Part shown: positions 33,033 to 36,563 of the stretch, piece after piece | How the letters are laid out: every line of letters begins with the position of its first letter | Position numbering within the stretch: the first letter of the stretch is position 1 | Assembly: GCF_001194135.2 (NCBI RefSeq) | Contig: NC_068982.1 | Coordinates: 148,824,702 to 148,861,264 of the forward strand | Source: Octopus bimaculoides | Taxonomy: Eukaryota | Reading direction: 5' to 3' | DNA length: 36,563 nt | Translations under genes and position numbers: made by a program | Notes under the pieces: generated by a model | The model's database searches: none | Told to the model about the DNA's origin: nothing | The model's input: only the letters and a program-made list of their open reading frames with translations

Positions 33033-33673
33033 ATTTAAAAAACATTGTTTAAAAGACTTTTGTGTATGTATATCTTTCATTAATGCTGAGACCAACAAAT
33101 TTATGTGGAGGCCAATTAAAAATGGAAACTTTCTAAATGATATTAGAATAAACCTCGTATACAAAGTGGGTCTCTTTTATTGCATGACTACAATAAAAAT
33201 CGTATATGTGGAGGAAAGAATCTGAACAAGAGACTGTTTGAAATGTGATAATACTCTTTACATATGTGAAATTTATACCGCTCTATTAATAGACTATAAT
33301 TCAACCATATTGAGTCACTTGCAAAAGTGTCATAAGGAATATAATATTCACTAGTAGTCGAACATGACATTTAAAATTCTACAAGAATGATTCTATACCA
33401 GAAGTCAGTGGAAATTTTTGAATGGAATTAAATTATGAAAGAGAATCCAGCAATGAATGTTTGATTCTGCATTTAATATTGTTTCTCTCTTCTACATTTC
33501 TTTTCCTTTTCTCTGTCCTTTCATTTTGCTCTTCTGCTCATAGTTCATAAAATCTAAAGAAGTCTATATTTAATTTTAAAATTTAAAATTTCAGAATTTT
33601 GTAATTGCTATTTTTAATTCCTAAAACATATTTTAAATTTTTTACAAACATTTCTTTAGTGCAAATCTTCCAG

Positions 33674-33871
33674 ACACAAGGCCCGAAACTTTTGGGAAGG
33701 GGGTCAGTCGATTAGATCAACCCCAGTACGTAACTGGTACTTAATTTATCAACCTCAAAAGGATGAAAGGCAAAGTCGACCTTGGTGGAATTTGAACTCA
33801 ATATGTAAAGACTGATGAAATACTGTTAAGCATTTTGCCCAACATGCTAGCATTTCTGCCAGCTCGCCACC
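33674..33871 (-). mobile_element. SINE family C, well preserved full-length copy
   Basis: cagtcgattagatcaaccccagtacgtaactggtac...aatttgaactc...ctgccagctcgcc. Confidence 0.85.
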
Positions 33872-33911
33872 TGCTAAAAGCCATTATTATCATATGTAAA
33901 ATAAAATACTT

Positions 33912-34745
33912 AGTGGCATTCCTTCTGAATTTATATTTTGAGTTCAAATTCTGCCAGGATCAGCTTTACCATTAATCTTTTCAGTCAATAAAATTAGAAC
34001 CAATTGAGTGCTGAAGTTGTTATAACTATCTCCCTTCCCCACAAATGGTTGGGAAGCAAGCTTTTTACCATACAGCCACTCCTGCTTGATATTGTTAGGG
34101 CAGAAAGCTGGTGGAAACATTAGCACATCAGGTAAAGTGTTCAGTGGTATTTTGTTCATCTTCACATTTTGAGTTCAAATTCCACAGAGGTTGACTTTGT
34201 CTTTCATCCTTTCAGCGTCAACAAAGTAAGTACCAGTTGAGCACTAGGGTTGATGACTTAACTACTTGACTTAACTTCTCCTCAAAACTGCTGGCATTGT
34301 GCTAATATTTGAAACCATTGTTAAGGTGGTGAGCAAGGCATTGGGTTGACATTATTGTTATCATGCCAAAAACAATGCTTAGTAGTATTTCTTCTGACTT
34401 TATGATCTGAGTTCAAATGTTGCCAAGGACAACTTCCTCTTTTGTCCTTTCAGGGTCAATAAAATGAGTACCAATCAAACACTTCAGAAATTTCTGGCCT
34501 TGTTCCAAAATTTGAAATCATAAATAAAGTAGTAAGCTGACAGAAGCATCAGCACGCTGAACAAAATTCACTGAAGTTCTTCCAGCTCTATGTTCTGAGT
34601 TCAAAATCTGCCAAGATTAATTTTACCTTTTATTGTTTTGGGGGTCAAAAACATAAGTTCCAGTTGAGCACTGGGGTGAAAGTTACCAACTAGTTTCCTC
34701 CTCCAAAATTTGAGGGCTTGTACCTATAGTAGAAAGTTTTATTTC
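33912..34745 (+). mobile_element. Head-to-tail run of degenerate SINE family C copies
   Basis: tgagttcaaa and a(g)t(a/t)ccag/aattgag motifs recur in units at about 33912-34010, 34100-34310, 34322-34520 and 34528-34745; a family A head remnant lies at about 34046-34084. Confidence 0.75.
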
Positions 34746-34795
34746 TAAATACCACCTTCCAGTTGGTCTTCTGCTAGTTATTATTGTTTTATGTA

Positions 34796-34847
<52 letters not shown>

Positions 34848-35039
34848 CACATATATGTGCATATGTACATTTATTAAGATATGGTACAAATGACTGTGTG
34901 AACAATGAAGAAGAAGATGAAAAGCTGTATTAAATACACATTGGAGATGTTTATCTTATTTTTTGTAAGCTAAGAATTTCTCTAAATATTTCTCTGAGTT
35001 TCACATTCCTTATCTTTGGCCAGTAGTGAAGGTTGGAGC

Positions 35040-35830
35040 AAACATCATGCTTTCTGTCTGTACAGCTTCTTCCATAAAAAAAAAAAAACACATGAAAATT
35101 TTGAATATAATTTTGAGTTTTGATTGGATGTTGGAGAGGAAGAAATATTATATTTTTGTATTTTGCATGTGAGTGTTTGGGTATAAAACATATTTTTTCT
35201 TTGTTGGTAGAATGTATAAAAATACTGAAAATAAATTCTTTATTTGATAAAAAAAAATACGAGTAAATAAATATGTGAAAAAATTTAAAAATTATAAAAA
35301 TGTCTTTTTCATATTTGCACTTCAATTCTACAAAAGTTAGAATCACACTCACATGCATGCACATACACATTCCAACACACATCTAAACACGTAGTTTCTT
35401 TTACACGGATGGACAGTCAATAAATAACTAAATCCCATTCGAATGTGAAGCTGATAGAAAAATGCATATTTAAAAAAATGCATATTAAAAAATGGAAGAA
35501 TAATGTAAGTTGCATTATGGTGATGGAGCAATGAACTGAGTTGGATGGGCAATGGATAAAGATAAGTGGAAATAGCTGATGTATCTTAAAAAATGTATAA
35601 AATATTTCTTTATCAGATGAAAAATATATCAAATATATGATAAAAAAATTATAAATTTATAAAAAATATAGAATTAAAATAGTGGTGAAAAAAAATCAAA
35701 ATTGATTTAAAAGGAGATTGAAAATGAAATCGATTAAAAAGAATAAAGATAAAAATAAGGCAAAATAGATTTTAGAAGAATTAAAATGATGCAAAGTGAA
35801 GTGACTCAAAATAAAGTAAAAGGAATTGGT
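35040..35830. repeat. Very AT-rich, A-biased low-complexity region
   Basis: Long A/T runs with few G/C. Confidence 0.7.
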
Positions 35831-36297
35831 GTTAAAAGAGCATTGATTTGGTTAGCAAGACTGTATGAAGCAAGGGGGTGTTACTTGGATAGATGTGCAG
35901 AGTAACCAGTAGTAACAACAGTTCTTGGGAAAGAGTTTATGAAAGTTGATAAAGATGGCTGTAAAGTTTCTCAATAGATATTTTCTATCCATTTCAAAGC
36001 AACGTTGCGATTATATGTTGAGGTGGCCTATAGTGAACCAAAACATACTCAGATATGTATTTCATGAATTTAATCCTTCTGATCTAAAATTTAAGTTGTT
36101 GGAATTTTTTTTGCAAGACAAGTGTTTTCTCATTTGCACAAAACTTTGCATTTGAACCTAAGTGAGACTGTTTCATAATAAAATGGCTGTGCACAGTTTA
36201 CAATACCACAAGTAATTTGGAACTGTAGCAGTCTTCTCTTAAATTTTGTGTGTGTGTGTGTGTGTGTGTTATCTAAATATCATCTTGTAAAGCAAAT

Positions 36298-36540
36298 GGA
36301 CACATCATAAACAATGTTTCTTGGAGTCAGTGCATGCTCCAGGTCTTTCAACAATCAGAAACACTCACTCAGGTGACCCAACCAGGCCTGATCAAGCCCC
36401 ATCTGTGATCAGTTTGTACTAACCCTTTCAAAGTTCTCATCTGACTCATAGCCACCTCTACTAGCTCCAGAGCCAACTTGGTGGCCTTCTTCTGACTGGG
36501 CCCTGTGATACTCAGTGTGTTGCAAGCTCTGCAGCTTTAT
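36298..36540 (-). mobile_element. HERO/R2-like retrotransposon 3' end (ORF end and UTR), degenerate
   Basis: Minus strand ...RACNTLSITG.SQKKATK... then ggggcttgatcaggcctggttgggtcacctg...tgttgaaagacc...gactcca...tgatgtgtcc, which resembles HERO 3' UTRs as I recall them. Confidence 0.6.
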
Positions 36541-36563
36541 ATACATACATACATGTATATATA

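Noticed and set aside
1-36563. CRISPR arrays, rRNA genes, prokaryotic operons, CpG-island promoter
   Set aside because: No regularly spaced repeat-spacer array, no rRNA-like sequence, no long intact ORFs and no CpG-rich segment were seen.

Overview
Repeat-dominated, AT-rich eukaryotic non-coding DNA (intronic or intergenic). The repeat families look to me like those of coleoid cephalopods (Octopus); this is recognition from memory, not a database result. No protein-coding gene can be assigned with confidence, and most ORFs in the track are microsatellite read-throughs or N-gap artefacts. Supported content: a decayed Tc1 element (5442-6628) with an open 186-codon N-terminal frame; an internally deleted mariner with both TIRs (14066-14624); several RTE-clade LINE fragments, including a convergent fused pair (24821-27300) whose RT carries a PHD-type zinc finger; a CR1/Jockey-like RT relic; two HERO/R2-like relics; a Helentron/DINE-like element; many tRNA-derived SINE copies from at least three families; many microsatellites; and four assembly gaps. 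The features least explained by standard annotation are a 473-bp fold-back palindrome (221-693), a 370-bp local direct duplication (11312-11680 / 12653-13022), a private inverted duplication of a SINE fragment (16357-16475 / 20369-20487), and a high density of inverted repeats that could form dsRNA if the region is transcribed. I see no clear evidence of a wholly new biological system. Many boundaries are approximate (within about 10-20 bp).
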